The notes under the pieces are model-generated. The model was not told the DNA's origin and searched no databases. It saw nothing but the letters and a program-made list of their open reading frames with translations. The position numbers and the translations under genes are program-made. From the IMG/VR virus record IMGVR_UViG_3300049215_000529, positions 140,191 to 204,190 of that record: a stretch of 64,000 nucleotides of DNA, one strand, 5' to 3'. Below, piece after piece: positions 47,083 through 56,637 of the stretch; within the stretch, counting starts at the first letter, position 1, and every line of letters begins with the position of its first letter.

Positions 47083-47358
47083 TCATGGACAAATAGCCTC
47101 ATCGTGCCCACTACAGGCACCAGTAGATGTGCAGTGATCAGTTACCCAATGTACTGTGCATTGTTTGCCGTCCACCATGATATGGCGGACAGGCGCTTTA
47201 GCTTGACCACAAACTACAATTACAAGTACCAGTGCTGCTAATCCTAAAAGGATAAGTGGAACTAACCAGCGATCATCCGTTGGTCGATGACAGTCACATT
47301 TACCTCCGCACGGACAAGGCGGTCCTGGTCGTGAGCGCTTTCTCATTTGACCAAACAT
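47083..47358 (-). CDS. Single-TM Cys-rich hypothetical protein
   Basis: CPCGGKCDCH, a central hydrophobic helix and a Cys-rich C-terminus. Confidence 0.6.
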   Translation of the reverse strand: MFGQMRKRSRPGPPCPCGGKCDCHRPTDDRWLVPLILLGLAALVLVIVVCGQAKAPVRHIMVDGKQCTVHWVTDHCTSTGACSGHDEAICP

Positions 47359-47367
47359 GGGATTACC

Positions 47368-47568
47368 TTAGCAGGTAACGCCCCAACCTTGACCATAGCA
47401 AAAACATGTATTGCCAACTGGTGTCCAGTTCTCTAGAACACAACGGACATTTCCGCCAGCATCACAACACTTACGACTCAATAAAACCTGAGCTTCAGCT
47501 GGTTGAGAAGGAGCCAACACACCAACTAAAATCATACCAACAACTAAAATTGAGATAAATTTCTTCAT
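47368..47568 (-). CDS. Small secreted Cys-rich protein
   Basis: Signal peptide MKKFISILVVG...AEA followed by a six-Cys mature region. Confidence 0.65.
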   Translation of the reverse strand: MKKFISILVVGMILVGVLAPSQPAEAQVLLSRKCCDAGGNVRCVLENWTPVGNTCFCYGQGWGVTC

Positions 47569-47629
47569 AATACTTTCCTTTATTTTTAAATAGTAGGCGA
47601 TTAAGTTTATGAATGATATATAACCTACC

Positions 47630-48112
47630 ATGGAACAAGTGACTAAAAAATGTGAATGGTGCCAAAAAGATTTTAGTGTTGACTCATATACTCATAAAAG
47701 AGGTAATGGCAAATTTTGCTCACTAGTTTGTGTTGGATTTCATACTGCTAATAAAAATAAACCCAAGCCTAATACTTTTTGTGCTTTTTGTAAAAAGGCA
47801 CTTTATAGAAATAAAACGGCTATTAAAAATTCAAAAACAGAACTTTTCTTTTGTTGCATGGAACACAAAGTATTAGCTCAATCTTTCGGTGGTCCATTAT
47901 ACAATGACGTGGTGACGAAAGATCATCGACTCATTGTATTTAGAAGTGGTAGACCTTTAATTTGTGCAAATCCTAACTGCAAAATTGATGACGTAGATCT
48001 ATTAGAAATTCATCACAAAGACATGAATCACTCGAATAATGTGCTTACGAATTTAGAAATACTTTGCGCTAACTGTCATACAAAAGAGCACAGACGCGCT
48101 TGTCTCCAGTGA
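47630..48112 (+). CDS. HNH endonuclease with N-terminal Zn repeats
   Basis: CEWC/FCS repeats; EIHHKD...NLEILCANCH. Confidence 0.85.
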   Translation: MEQVTKKCEWCQKDFSVDSYTHKRGNGKFCSLVCVGFHTANKNKPKPNTFCAFCKKALYRNKTAIKNSKTELFFCCMEHKVLAQSFGGPLYNDVVTKDHRLIVFRSGRPLICANPNCKIDDVDLLEIHHKDMNHSNNVLTNLEILCANCHTKEHRRACLQ

Positions 48113-48173
48113 AAGAATCGAACTTTCATATTCTGCAAGTCAAGCAGATGCTTTACCACCAAGCTAACCAGAG
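48103..48173 (-). tRNA. tRNA-Val(GAC), atypical, no encoded CCA
   Basis: Cloverleaf; loop TTGACTT (pyrimidine at 37); anticodon stem identical to two Gly tRNAs. Confidence 0.65.
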
Positions 48174-48179
48174 ATAGTT

Positions 48180-48253
48180 TGGTAGGCAGTAAGGGAATCG
48201 AACCCCTGAATCCTCGGTGTAAACGAGGTGTTATACCATTTAACTAACCGCCC
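48180..48253 (-). tRNA. tRNA-Val(TAC)
   Basis: Loop TTTACAC; A73; CCA. Confidence 0.93.
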
Positions 48254-48261
48254 ATGGTATC

Positions 48262-48336
48262 TGGTACGCGATGTAGGGCTCGAACCTACGACTTCCAGCT
48301 TGTAAAGCTAGCACTCTACCACTGAGTTAATCGCGC
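48262..48336 (-). tRNA. tRNA-Val(TAC)
   Basis: Loop TTTACAA; A73; CCA. Confidence 0.93.
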
Positions 48337-48374
48337 ATTGGTATTTTATATGCCGCTAAAATCATATATCAGGT

Positions 48375-48797
48375 ATGAAAAAATCTCAACGCCATCTACT
48401 TGTTTTAGCTAAGAAATTCGAAAAGTATGCCAACCGTAATGCCGAAGATTACCGTTCTGAGATTGAATCTGATATCTGGACCAACCTAAGAAACGCTGCA
48501 GGTCAAAGACAATATGGCATCATCCCATTTCCACAAATGGCTACTACTGATGGCATCAATCTATCATTTGATGTTACCAACAATGATAGAACCATTACAG
48601 TTTCCAATTTGAACATTGCTCCAGCAGAGAAAAATAATCTGCTGCCAAAATATCAACCATTAACAACTCAAATCAAAGCCTTCTTAGAAAAGTATTGGGA
48701 AATCTATCCTACCAAAAGAAATGGTGAAGAATTAGATTACAGTAACTTCACCGTTCACTTGAGTTATCCAAACGAACCTCAAGTAGCTCAGAAATAA
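48375..48797 (+). CDS. Hypothetical protein, isolated plus-strand gene
   Basis: 140-aa ORF between tRNA genes. Confidence 0.7.
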   Translation: MKKSQRHLLVLAKKFEKYANRNAEDYRSEIESDIWTNLRNAAGQRQYGIIPFPQMATTDGINLSFDVTNNDRTITVSNLNIAPAEKNNLLPKYQPLTTQIKAFLEKYWEIYPTKRNGEELDYSNFTVHLSYPNEPQVAQK

Positions 48798-48798
48798 G

Positions 48799-48872
48799 TG
48801 GTGGTAATTAAGAGAATCGAACTCTTGTATTCCGCGTATGAAACGGACGTTCTACCATTGAACTAAACTACC
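48799..48872 (-). tRNA. tRNA with CAT anticodon (elongator Met or Ile2)
   Basis: Loop TTCATAC; paired G1:C72, so not initiator-type; CCA. Confidence 0.85.
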
Positions 48873-48969
48873 GTAAACATATGTACTATTATTTGAGTAG
48901 CAGATTGCATTTTCGAAATTTGAAATTCTATGCATACAATTATATATCTGTATTAAACCGCTATTTGAC

Positions 48970-49624
48970 GTGTCCAAAATTAATGAATTCCAAGATAAGA
49001 CATTGCCACTGGAATGTGAATTTTGCCAAAATTCTTTTTATAAAGAAACCAAACAAATTCGAAGTGATCTAAAATTGGGTAAAAATAAATGTCGCTTCTG
49101 CAGCCCAAAATGTTTTAATGCATCAAGAGAGGTAAGAATACTGGCAACCTGTGCTAATTGCGAAAAAACATTTGCCATTAGATTGAGCACTAAAAAACAA
49201 TCAAAAAGTGGAAATAATTTTTGTAGTAAGAGCTGTGCTGGCACCTATAATAACACACATAAAACAAAAGGTAATAGGCGTTCCAAACTAGAAGCATGGC
49301 TTGAAAAACAATTAACTAATAAGTATCCGCTACTGAACATACTTTACAATCATAAAGAAATCATAAATTCTGAACTCGATATCTATATTCCTTCATTGAA
49401 GATTGCTTTTGAGCTAAATGGAATTTTTTCACTACGAACCTATTTTTGGTTCAAAAAAATTATCATCGATCCAAAATAATGATAACAGAAAATTTCAAGC
49501 TTGTTTGGAACGTGGTATTGAATTAGTGATATTAGATGTTTCTGCCCTCAAATATTTCAAACAACAAAATGCTGAAAAATATCTTCGCATTGTTTGTGAA
49601 ATCATTGATCTAAAATTAGAATAG
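48970..49624 (+). pseudogene. Zn-repeat plus PD-(D/E)XK-type endonuclease, frameshifted
   Basis: ELDIYIPSLKIAFELNGIF continues as HYEPIFG...DNRKF if one T is removed from the T6 run at 49424-49429. Confidence 0.78.
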
Positions 49625-49630
49625 ATTTAA

Positions 49631-50233
49631 CTATCTGGTATCTTCAATTTTCATATTCTTCATTGGAGCATAGGACATGCGATGCAAAGGAGAAGGTCCG
49701 AACTTCTCAATGGCAGCCAAGTGATCCTTTGAACCATAACCGGCATTTGAATCCCAACCGTATTCGGGATATTGTTTATGCAATAATTGCATCTTCTTAT
49801 CTCGATACACCTTGGCAAAAATGCTAGCAGCCATCACCGTTGGATACTTGCTATCCGCCTTGATGACGCTCTGGATACGATAATCATCCACGCCCAAGTT
49901 GTCAAACTTTAAAATTCCATCCACAATGATCGTTGACTCTTCGTCGTACAACCGCTTGAAGCATTCTACGTAGCAATCCTTTAAGGCAACAGCTACTCCT
50001 ACCTTATCAATCTGAACGTTGCTTCTTTCAGCAAGAGCGAACCTAATGGATGCATTGGCAATCAAATCGTTCAGCTTGTCACAGACGGATTCCCTTTTCT
50101 TAGCTGACAACTTCTTGCTATCATTGAGTCCATCGATTTTCCAATCGGCAGGAGCACGAATTGCACAAACTACCACGGGTCCAGCTAATGGACCATACCC
50201 TACCTCATCCGCCCCAATAGTATATTGTATCAT
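49631..50233 (-). CDS. rnhB: Ribonuclease HII
   Basis: GADEVGYGPLAGP, DSKKL, IVDG, KADS, AASIFAK and HRMSY motifs; ends in TAG. Confidence 0.95.
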   Translation of the reverse strand: MIQYTIGADEVGYGPLAGPVVVCAIRAPADWKIDGLNDSKKLSAKKRESVCDKLNDLIANASIRFALAERSNVQIDKVGVAVALKDCYVECFKRLYDEESTIIVDGILKFDNLGVDDYRIQSVIKADSKYPTVMAASIFAKVYRDKKMQLLHKQYPEYGWDSNAGYGSKDHLAAIEKFGPSPLHRMSYAPMKNMKIEDTR

Positions 50234-50528
50234 GTTGACCTCTACAGGAATGCCATGTTTTTAACCACTCTATCGCAATAATCACGAACTTCATCTGGAA
50301 CCACTGATTATCTGTAACTCCCCACATAATCTTTTTTTGAATGATTTGTTTACTAAGAAGGGGCAAATGATAATTACCAGTCAAGTCTAATAAAAATTCT
50401 TTAAATGGTTTGCCATATATCTCAATAAAGATATTGGAAATGTTTTTATTCTTTTTGGTAACAAACTCAATTCTATAAGTTAAATCTTCCGGCTTATAAT
50501 GATATTCTAGGGACATATTACTAACCAA
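50205..50528 (-). CDS. Hypothetical protein
   Basis: 107-aa ORF. Confidence 0.45.
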   Translation of the reverse strand: MVSNMSLEYHYKPEDLTYRIEFVTKKNKNISNIFIEIYGKPFKEFLLDLTGNYHLPLLSKQIIQKKIMWGVTDNQWFQMKFVIIAIEWLKTWHSCRGQHDTIYYWGG

Positions 50529-50538
50529 GTATAATGAT

Positions 50539-50877
50539 ATGAGTTTTGATAAAGTAGCCGATCTGGCAGATGATTACCTAGCTAAAATTGCCGCACGTCA
50601 TTATGAGGACAATGCCCCTCTAGATGTGAAGTCTGAAGATTTAACTTGGTTAGACCCAGGTGAGCGCTGGCTTATCAAACAAAATGGTACTAATGATAAG
50701 TACTTGCCTCATAATCCTCCAGGCGTTGTTGCTAGCGAGAAAACCTGGGACAGAGCCAAGAAGTCCGTCAAGAAGTACTGGAAAAAGTATGATGAGCCTT
50801 GGGCAGTTGTCTATGACGTATATCGTAAAATGGGCGGCAAGCTAAAGAAAAAGAAGTCTAAGAAAAAGAAAAAGTAA
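50539..50877 (+). CDS. Hypothetical protein with Lys-rich tail
   Basis: 112-aa ORF containing WDRAKKSVKKYW...YRKMGG. Confidence 0.7.
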   Translation: MSFDKVADLADDYLAKIAARHYEDNAPLDVKSEDLTWLDPGERWLIKQNGTNDKYLPHNPPGVVASEKTWDRAKKSVKKYWKKYDEPWAVVYDVYRKMGGKLKKKKSKKKKK

Positions 50878-51294
50878 TTATTTTAGACTCAGGAGGATAG
50901 CTCCACCAATCATTGCCACTACACCAAGTATTTTGGTGACGGTCATTTGCTCATTCAAAATAAACATAGACAGCATCATTGTGATGACTGGATACAACGA
51001 AATCAACATGGCGGAGGCACCAGAGTTTTGATTTCCCTTCAAACCACTATACAACAGTACGTTGCCACCAATAGAGATGAGAGTAGCAATAGAGGTAAGT
51101 ATAATACTATTGGTGTTCCATTTGGGGCTTGGTCCAGCCAACTTATAAGCAAAGGGGATAAAGAAGACGTAAGCTACTGCCGCCACTATCTGCATTAGGA
51201 ATGGAGATAACTTCTCAGCTGACATCCTTTGGATGAAGGTGCTAACGCCCCAAAACATTACCGCCAATAGAATTAGTAGTGAGCCAGCATTCAC
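50878..51294 (-). CDS. EamA/DMT-family small membrane transporter
   Basis: Five hydrophobic segments; LISLYPVIT...LNEQMT...GVV motif. Confidence 0.85.
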   Translation of the reverse strand: MNAGSLLILLAVMFWGVSTFIQRMSAEKLSPFLMQIVAAVAYVFFIPFAYKLAGPSPKWNTNSIILTSIATLISIGGNVLLYSGLKGNQNSGASAMLISLYPVITMMLSMFILNEQMTVTKILGVVAMIGGAILLSLK

Positions 51295-51818
51295 GGCTTT
51301 GGTCCGCTTAACCAGCCGGGAGCCCCAAAAGCTTTCATATTGTCCCAGTAATTACCAGCTGTACGCCGTCCGGTAACTAGACGAGCAATTCTTTCTTCAG
51401 ATTCGCCCAGCTCTCTAAGACGTGCTTCTATTCGATCACAAAGCCCCGCATGATTTGTAACTTGCTTATCATATTTAAAAGTTTGAGTTATAAACCCAAC
51501 CATGAGAGTTGTATCTATTTGAGTAACATCTAATTTTGCCAGGATATCATTCATAATATCAAAGCGATCATACAACTGCCAGAATACATCAAAGACAAGA
51601 TCTAATCCTTCACCCTCATCTTTTTTCCTTTTTTGTAAAGAATAGACTCGGTTAAGAAATTGATCAACATCCAATCTCAACTCTCCCCCTTTATTGCCAC
51701 AAGAACATTTGCCATTCTCGGCGGGGAACTCAACACCACAATCACATTTGACTGTAAATAATCCGTCTGATAAATCTTCGCACATATTATCCTCACAACT
51801 CTCGCTTGACACCATCAA
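51291..51818 (-). CDS. Hypothetical protein with N-terminal Cys cluster
   Basis: CDCG...CSCG motifs. Confidence 0.6.
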   Translation of the reverse strand: MMVSSESCEDNMCEDLSDGLFTVKCDCGVEFPAENGKCSCGNKGGELRLDVDQFLNRVYSLQKRKKDEGEGLDLVFDVFWQLYDRFDIMNDILAKLDVTQIDTTLMVGFITQTFKYDKQVTNHAGLCDRIEARLRELGESEERIARLVTGRRTAGNYWDNMKAFGAPGWLSGPKP

Positions 51819-52719
51819 AAACGGCTACTGCCGTGGCTAATAGGTTTTCTTTAAGACAAAGCTCGTCACATAGTAGCATGCGACGGAAGCCAATATCATT
51901 TAGCCAAGCAATCTCAATTAGGTCGGCACACGATGGAACTGGGCTATCAATGACTGAAAGCAAGATGCGAGACCCAACACAAGCCTCGGGGTCTGCTTTA
52001 ATAATTGCACGCAAAGCATGAATCATATGGTGTGGTTTGTCAAGCTCAACGAACAAATCTCCACGAGCTGCCACCAAAACCAGGTTGTCTTTCTTCTTAA
52101 ATGTGTTGATGGCATACTTCATGCCAGCAAGGCTTTCAATCTTCAACCAGACCTCAGCATCACGACCAACCAGTTCCAAAAACTGATCCACATCACTTTG
52201 CTGCTCCACATAAGACAGATAGTATTTGTTGAAGCCCGCTGCACGAACCTTCTCAATCTTCTGAATCTCTTGGGGAGTAAAGATGTTTCCTCGAACTTCT
52301 AGGCTCTTATCTCTAATGTGTAGTGACTCTCCAGCAATTACATTGTATCGTGGTCCACCCTCGAAGATAAGCCTTTGACCATCCTCTTCTAGGCGATCCA
52401 ATAAGGCTACGTCAGCCCCAGCCTTGAACAAGACTACGCTAGGCGTCTTAACACTGATAGGATGATTGAGTCTGATATCTAAGTAATCTTTATTAGGGAT
52501 TACCTCAGTTACCCTCAATTGACGTCCTTTAACGTCAAAGAAGAGGGGATTAGAGCTAGTCATGCCTTTAACAATCTCTAGCTCTTTATCCAGCTCAGGA
52601 TTGCTCATCATAGCACTATTGAGTCGAATACCATCCACTCGGCTATCATGAGCAAAACGTTTAAAGTGTGGAAAGCTTGGCCATAATGTAACTGATAGTT
52701 CTGGAACTTTATTTTTCAT
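51793..52719 (-). CDS. Pyruvate-kinase-like barrel protein lacking the C-terminal regulatory domain
   Basis: RLN, DVKGRQLR, LKIE and ARGDL match the PK active-site motifs. Confidence 0.72.
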   Translation of the reverse strand: MKNKVPELSVTLWPSFPHFKRFAHDSRVDGIRLNSAMMSNPELDKELEIVKGMTSSNPLFFDVKGRQLRVTEVIPNKDYLDIRLNHPISVKTPSVVLFKAGADVALLDRLEEDGQRLIFEGGPRYNVIAGESLHIRDKSLEVRGNIFTPQEIQKIEKVRAAGFNKYYLSYVEQQSDVDQFLELVGRDAEVWLKIESLAGMKYAINTFKKKDNLVLVAARGDLFVELDKPHHMIHALRAIIKADPEACVGSRILLSVIDSPVPSCADLIEIAWLNDIGFRRMLLCDELCLKENLLATAVAVFDGVKREL

Positions 52720-53666
52720 GGCAGTAATCGCTTAGTTTTGCTACCTTTCATATGAGTATGTAATACTGATTTGCCACCACTGTCAGTAACCTTAGCAGGA
52801 ATAGCGTGGATGGTCTTAAGAGCCTTGTAAACTGTATCTACTTGGTCTTCACGTTGACGTTCTTCAATTTCTTCCTTGAAGTAATGAACCTTGTTCTTCT
52901 CTTGCGCCAAGATGCCGAAGATGACGTCTACCACTCGATCAGCCGAAGGAAGGATGGCGATGTGCTCTTTGCCCACCAAGTCTTCCCACTTCTTCTGAAT
53001 ATACTTATCATCACCAGAGTCATAAGGTTTGCGGATCAAATAGACCGAAAACTTTTCCTTCAACTCCTTGAAGATGTCTTTGGTAGAAATATCATTGCCT
53101 TCTAACTTGACTTGAGCTAGAGCGGCATGTTTCTTGATGACGTGATCATAATAACCTTCATCACCAATGATAATCATAATAGGACGTTTTGCATTAGGCA
53201 TTTCAGCATTACGAGCATAGTATAAGGCTGTTAGCTCATAGCTCTCATGGCACTGACCACCACCGTTGCCTTCGATGACTAGCTCCTTGAGTTGCTTCTC
53301 CATATCACGACCTTTAGCAAAAGGACGAACTTGAATTGGATATTGATCAGAGTTAGCATCACCAACTGCACCAAAGCTTAGCTCAAAGTTCTCTCCCAAA
53401 TACTCCTTACACTCATTATCCATATAAGGAAGCTTGGAAAACATAACGGCTGGCCAATCTCCCATTGAACCAGTTACGTCAACTAAAATTACTAGAGGAG
53501 CTTCACTCTCAGTCTTAATAGAGGCTGGAACTAAGTCCGCTGTCCTCTTGTTGTCTGCCTTTGCGTCGCTATAGCTGCGCCCTACATGCTTATCGTAGGA
53601 CTTACGAGCTGCGTCGAAGTCATAACCTTTCCAATCGCCGGGACTATAATTTGATGATTCTGACAT
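52716..53666 (-). CDS. vWA (MIDAS) domain protein
   Basis: DVTGSMG, GNGGG..ESY and IGDE motifs. Confidence 0.85.
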   Translation of the reverse strand: MSESSNYSPGDWKGYDFDAARKSYDKHVGRSYSDAKADNKRTADLVPASIKTESEAPLVILVDVTGSMGDWPAVMFSKLPYMDNECKEYLGENFELSFGAVGDANSDQYPIQVRPFAKGRDMEKQLKELVIEGNGGGQCHESYELTALYYARNAEMPNAKRPIMIIIGDEGYYDHVIKKHAALAQVKLEGNDISTKDIFKELKEKFSVYLIRKPYDSGDDKYIQKKWEDLVGKEHIAILPSADRVVDVIFGILAQEKNKVHYFKEEIEERQREDQVDTVYKALKTIHAIPAKVTDSGGKSVLHTHMKGSKTKRLLP

Positions 53667-53679
53667 GATAATTCTCCTG

Positions 53680-54678
53680 TTAACTATTAAACCCTGGGAT
53701 ATTCTTCATTCCTGAACGGGAACGACCGAAAGACTTGTGGCGAACTTCAACGAACTCATCGAAGAGATCGCGTTGCGGTCTTTGTAAGATATCCTTCTTT
53801 GTAATCTTCTGAATGAAATCGCACATGGGATCAGGCACGTTAGATGGTACCTCTTTTTTATCCATACGCTTACCACCATTGAGGGCATATACCATTAGCA
53901 TTCCGAGGCTATAGTAATCGCTCGCTGGTAATAAAGCCTTGCCATCAATTTGCTCGGGGGAGGCAAATACTGGTGTGTATCCTAGTGACTTGTCCGAACT
54001 TCCTGGCTTAACCATTGCTAAACCGAAGTCTACCAAAACTACTGAGTGGGTATCAGGTTGAATGATAACGTTCTGTGGCTTGATATCTCCATGAATAACA
54101 CCATGGTGATGAAGGTAAAGTAGAGCATTAAGGATTCGCTCAACGATCCATGCTGTGCTCTCTGGCTCAATCTTTCCAGCCTTCTCTACAATCTGTTCCA
54201 AGGTAGGACCCTTGATGTAGCTCATAATGAGTGCCAAGCTACCATCATCTAGTCTCTGAAGGTCACGCATTACTGGAAGCGCGTAGTGACGCAAATCCCA
54301 GATGGATTTCATCTCTTGGATGAGAATCTTGTCATGAGCGGCTGATACCATGGAACAGTGCTTGATGCATACTGGATCCTTGGTGATAACATGCTCTCCC
54401 TTGTAGGTAACACCGAAACCACCCTCAGCAATGTCTTCTAGAACCTTATAGTTCCCAATGACAGTTCCACCTTTAGGGTTCTTGGTCTTGTCATATTGCT
54501 TACGCTTGACGGTATCCGAGAGCAATTCGTAAGCTTCGTTCAATTCTTGGGCTTGTTCTTTGGTGCCGCCATGGTCTGGATGATGTTTCTTCATCAGAGC
54601 TTGGTAGGCGGCTTTAATAACTAATTGACTAGCCCTAGAACTAACTTCTAGCGTTTTATACGGATCAAAATCAATCAT
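53680..54678 (-). CDS. J-domain-fused Ser/Thr protein kinase
   Basis: DPYKTL...HHPD (J domain), then EGGFG, K, HGDIKPQN, DFG and GYTP motifs. Confidence 0.9.
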   Translation of the reverse strand: MIDFDPYKTLEVSSRASQLVIKAAYQALMKKHHPDHGGTKEQAQELNEAYELLSDTVKRKQYDKTKNPKGGTVIGNYKVLEDIAEGGFGVTYKGEHVITKDPVCIKHCSMVSAAHDKILIQEMKSIWDLRHYALPVMRDLQRLDDGSLALIMSYIKGPTLEQIVEKAGKIEPESTAWIVERILNALLYLHHHGVIHGDIKPQNVIIQPDTHSVVLVDFGLAMVKPGSSDKSLGYTPVFASPEQIDGKALLPASDYYSLGMLMVYALNGGKRMDKKEVPSNVPDPMCDFIQKITKKDILQRPQRDLFDEFVEVRHKSFGRSRSGMKNIPGFNS

Positions 54679-54700
54679 GAATAAATCTATCTTAGTACTC

Positions 54701-54729
54701 AATGTAACCATTTAGAGGGCTCGTGTCAA
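54701..54729 (-). promoter_or_regulatory. Sigma70-like promoter for the kinase-vWA operon
   Basis: TTGACA-N17-TACATT. Confidence 0.6.
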
Positions 54730-55425
54730 GTGGCGCCCATTATTTCGTCCCATCTTGCCTCAATTATGTCAGTATAAATCAAACTGTTCAAACCATAATT
54801 GCCTAATGCAAAAGCATCATTCACTTCCACTAATAAAGAACGTCCCTTGTCATCAACACCAAAATCAATGGAATAGGCGACTGGGGCGCCCTTATAAGCG
54901 GCGATAGCCTGTTTGATGACCGCCACGTCAGGCACCAAGCCAAAGTCGCCCTTATAGTGTTTTAAGCCCACTAAATCGCCTCGTAGGACGAATCCTCGAT
55001 ACTCTGTTACGAATTCAACGGGCTCGGAGATTTGAATCTCCATATCCATTTTCTGAGATGAGGTTTTGATTAAATCTCGGAACTGGGACACCACATGACC
55101 AACAAATTGCTTCTGAATGTAGCGCGGCTTAATGAAGACAGGCTTAACATCATAGTCTTGCTGGTGAATCTCTGCCAGAGTTCCATACCTAATATGCCTT
55201 CCACAGAAGGGTGATAGCTAGCCTATCAAATACTTTCCTTACAATAGGGATGTAACCACAAACGATATCGTCTTTGGTTAAGGGAATGTTGTCTAATTCT
55301 TCGGATTCAAACTCACCTTCAAAGAAAAGAGTTTGATATCCTTTCAATCGGAAACCTTCCCAGGCATAGTAAGTATTGGTGGTAATCAGCTCGCCATTCT
55401 TCTTTTGGCAATAAACTTTCCTCAT
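54726..55425 (-). pseudogene. ATP-grasp (R2K/DUF4343-like) protein split by a frameshift near 55215
   Basis: N-half ...VRKVFDRLA continues in another frame as SPFCGRHIRYGTL...VFIKP...EYR...DFG...VEVND. Confidence 0.7.
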
Positions 55426-55442
55426 GCTGATATACAACTTTC

Positions 55443-55946
55443 TTATTTAGTGTCTTGAAATGTTTTGAATAAACGGTCCCAGTGGAAGGCGAAGATGCCG
55501 TAGTTCTTGCTCATATCCACATGGTGGATGTAATGGAGCTTGGTCCACCTAGCGAATATAACACGCAGCCCAGGCACGCGGGTCATCCAATGATTGTTAA
55601 TATGGAAGGCATCATGAATACGATCGCTCAATAATCCTATTAGTCCTTCCATAGCCAATACGATTATCACTAAGTGTAATGGTAAGAATCCTAGAATGCC
55701 TAAAACAATTGGAGCTATGATAACTGGTAGGGCAACCAAGGCAAAGTACCTTGGGCTACTGCTAGAACCAGCATGTCTATAAACATCTGAAGTGAAGTCC
55801 TCAGGAGGATACATCTTCAAATGATGTGACATATGGGCTTGATTTAAGAATCCGGTCCAAGACTGATGTAGCGCCCAATGGATGAGATGACCCGTCAGAC
55901 TGGCAACGATGTAACTGATGAGAATTGTAAGAAGAATGGCTACCAT
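55443..55946 (-). CDS. Fatty acid hydroxylase / sterol desaturase family membrane enzyme
   Basis: His boxes HLIHWALH, HMSHH, HDAFH and HYIHH, then NYG...WDRLFKT. Confidence 0.85.
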   Translation of the reverse strand: MVAILLTILISYIVASLTGHLIHWALHQSWTGFLNQAHMSHHLKMYPPEDFTSDVYRHAGSSSSPRYFALVALPVIIAPIVLGILGFLPLHLVIIVLAMEGLIGLLSDRIHDAFHINNHWMTRVPGLRVIFARWTKLHYIHHVDMSKNYGIFAFHWDRLFKTFQDTK

Positions 55947-55978
55947 ACTAATATGCAGTATGATAGCCCTAGTTTATC

Positions 55979-56173
55979 TCACAAAAGTTCCAAGTGATGG
56001 GCGACAATGCTCATTTCTTTTACCATGCCAGACTCCCCAGCATTTAAATCAACTAGCTCATCTATCTGATCATTGATTACTTCGGTTAGTGTGTCTAAGA
56101 CATCCCGAATAGGATAATTCTTTATAATCTCTGCCAATGCCTTTTTGTCTTCTGCGTTCATGATATTCCTCAA
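55979..56173 (-). CDS. Small hypothetical protein
   Basis: 64-aa acidic ORF. Confidence 0.5.
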   Translation of the reverse strand: MRNIMNAEDKKALAEIIKNYPIRDVLDTLTEVINDQIDELVDLNAGESGMVKEMSIVAHHLELL

Positions 56174-56637
56174 AAGAAAACTGCTAGATTAGATAAACGA
56201 TGTAAATACTTAATTAATTCGCACAAGTTGATAATGGGCATGCTATCGCCCGTTCTTGAGCCCCACTTATCGCCATGTTTAATGGGCTCATAGTTACAAA
56301 AACGAGAATCAAAATCCATATTAATGAAAGCCTCATAGACAGTATGTCCGGGACCCTTCTTATTTTCATAAAGCTGAACGTCCACATCTTTGTGTTTCGT
56401 GATGCAATCGTCCAATGACTTATCAACACTATGAGTTCCATCTGGATTAATAATCCAGTTAGACATAATGTCAATGGTGCCAGCTTCTTGAATCTTATGG
56501 GTAAAGATTTTGACAATGAAGCCTCCAACATAGTAATGAAAACAAGAATCCGATTTGTGTTTCTTTAGCTCACCAAGTCTGTGCTTGATAGCATAAATGT
56601 TTTTCGGATTGTCTTCAAATACTTTCATAATTAACAT
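56170..56637 (-). CDS. Hypothetical protein
   Basis: 155-aa ORF. Confidence 0.6.
   Translation of the reverse strand: MLIMKVFEDNPKNIYAIKHRLGELKKHKSDSCFHYYVGGFIVKIFTHKIQEAGTIDIMSNWIINPDGTHSVDKSLDDCITKHKDVDVQLYENKKGPGHTVYEAFINMDFDSRFCNYEPIKHGDKWGSRTGDSMPIINLCELIKYLHRLSNLAVFF

Noticed and set aside
54726-55425. Amber read-through joining the two ATP-grasp halves (first half ends in TAG at 55189)
   Set aside because: The halves are in different frames; a frameshifting deletion near 55215 explains the split.
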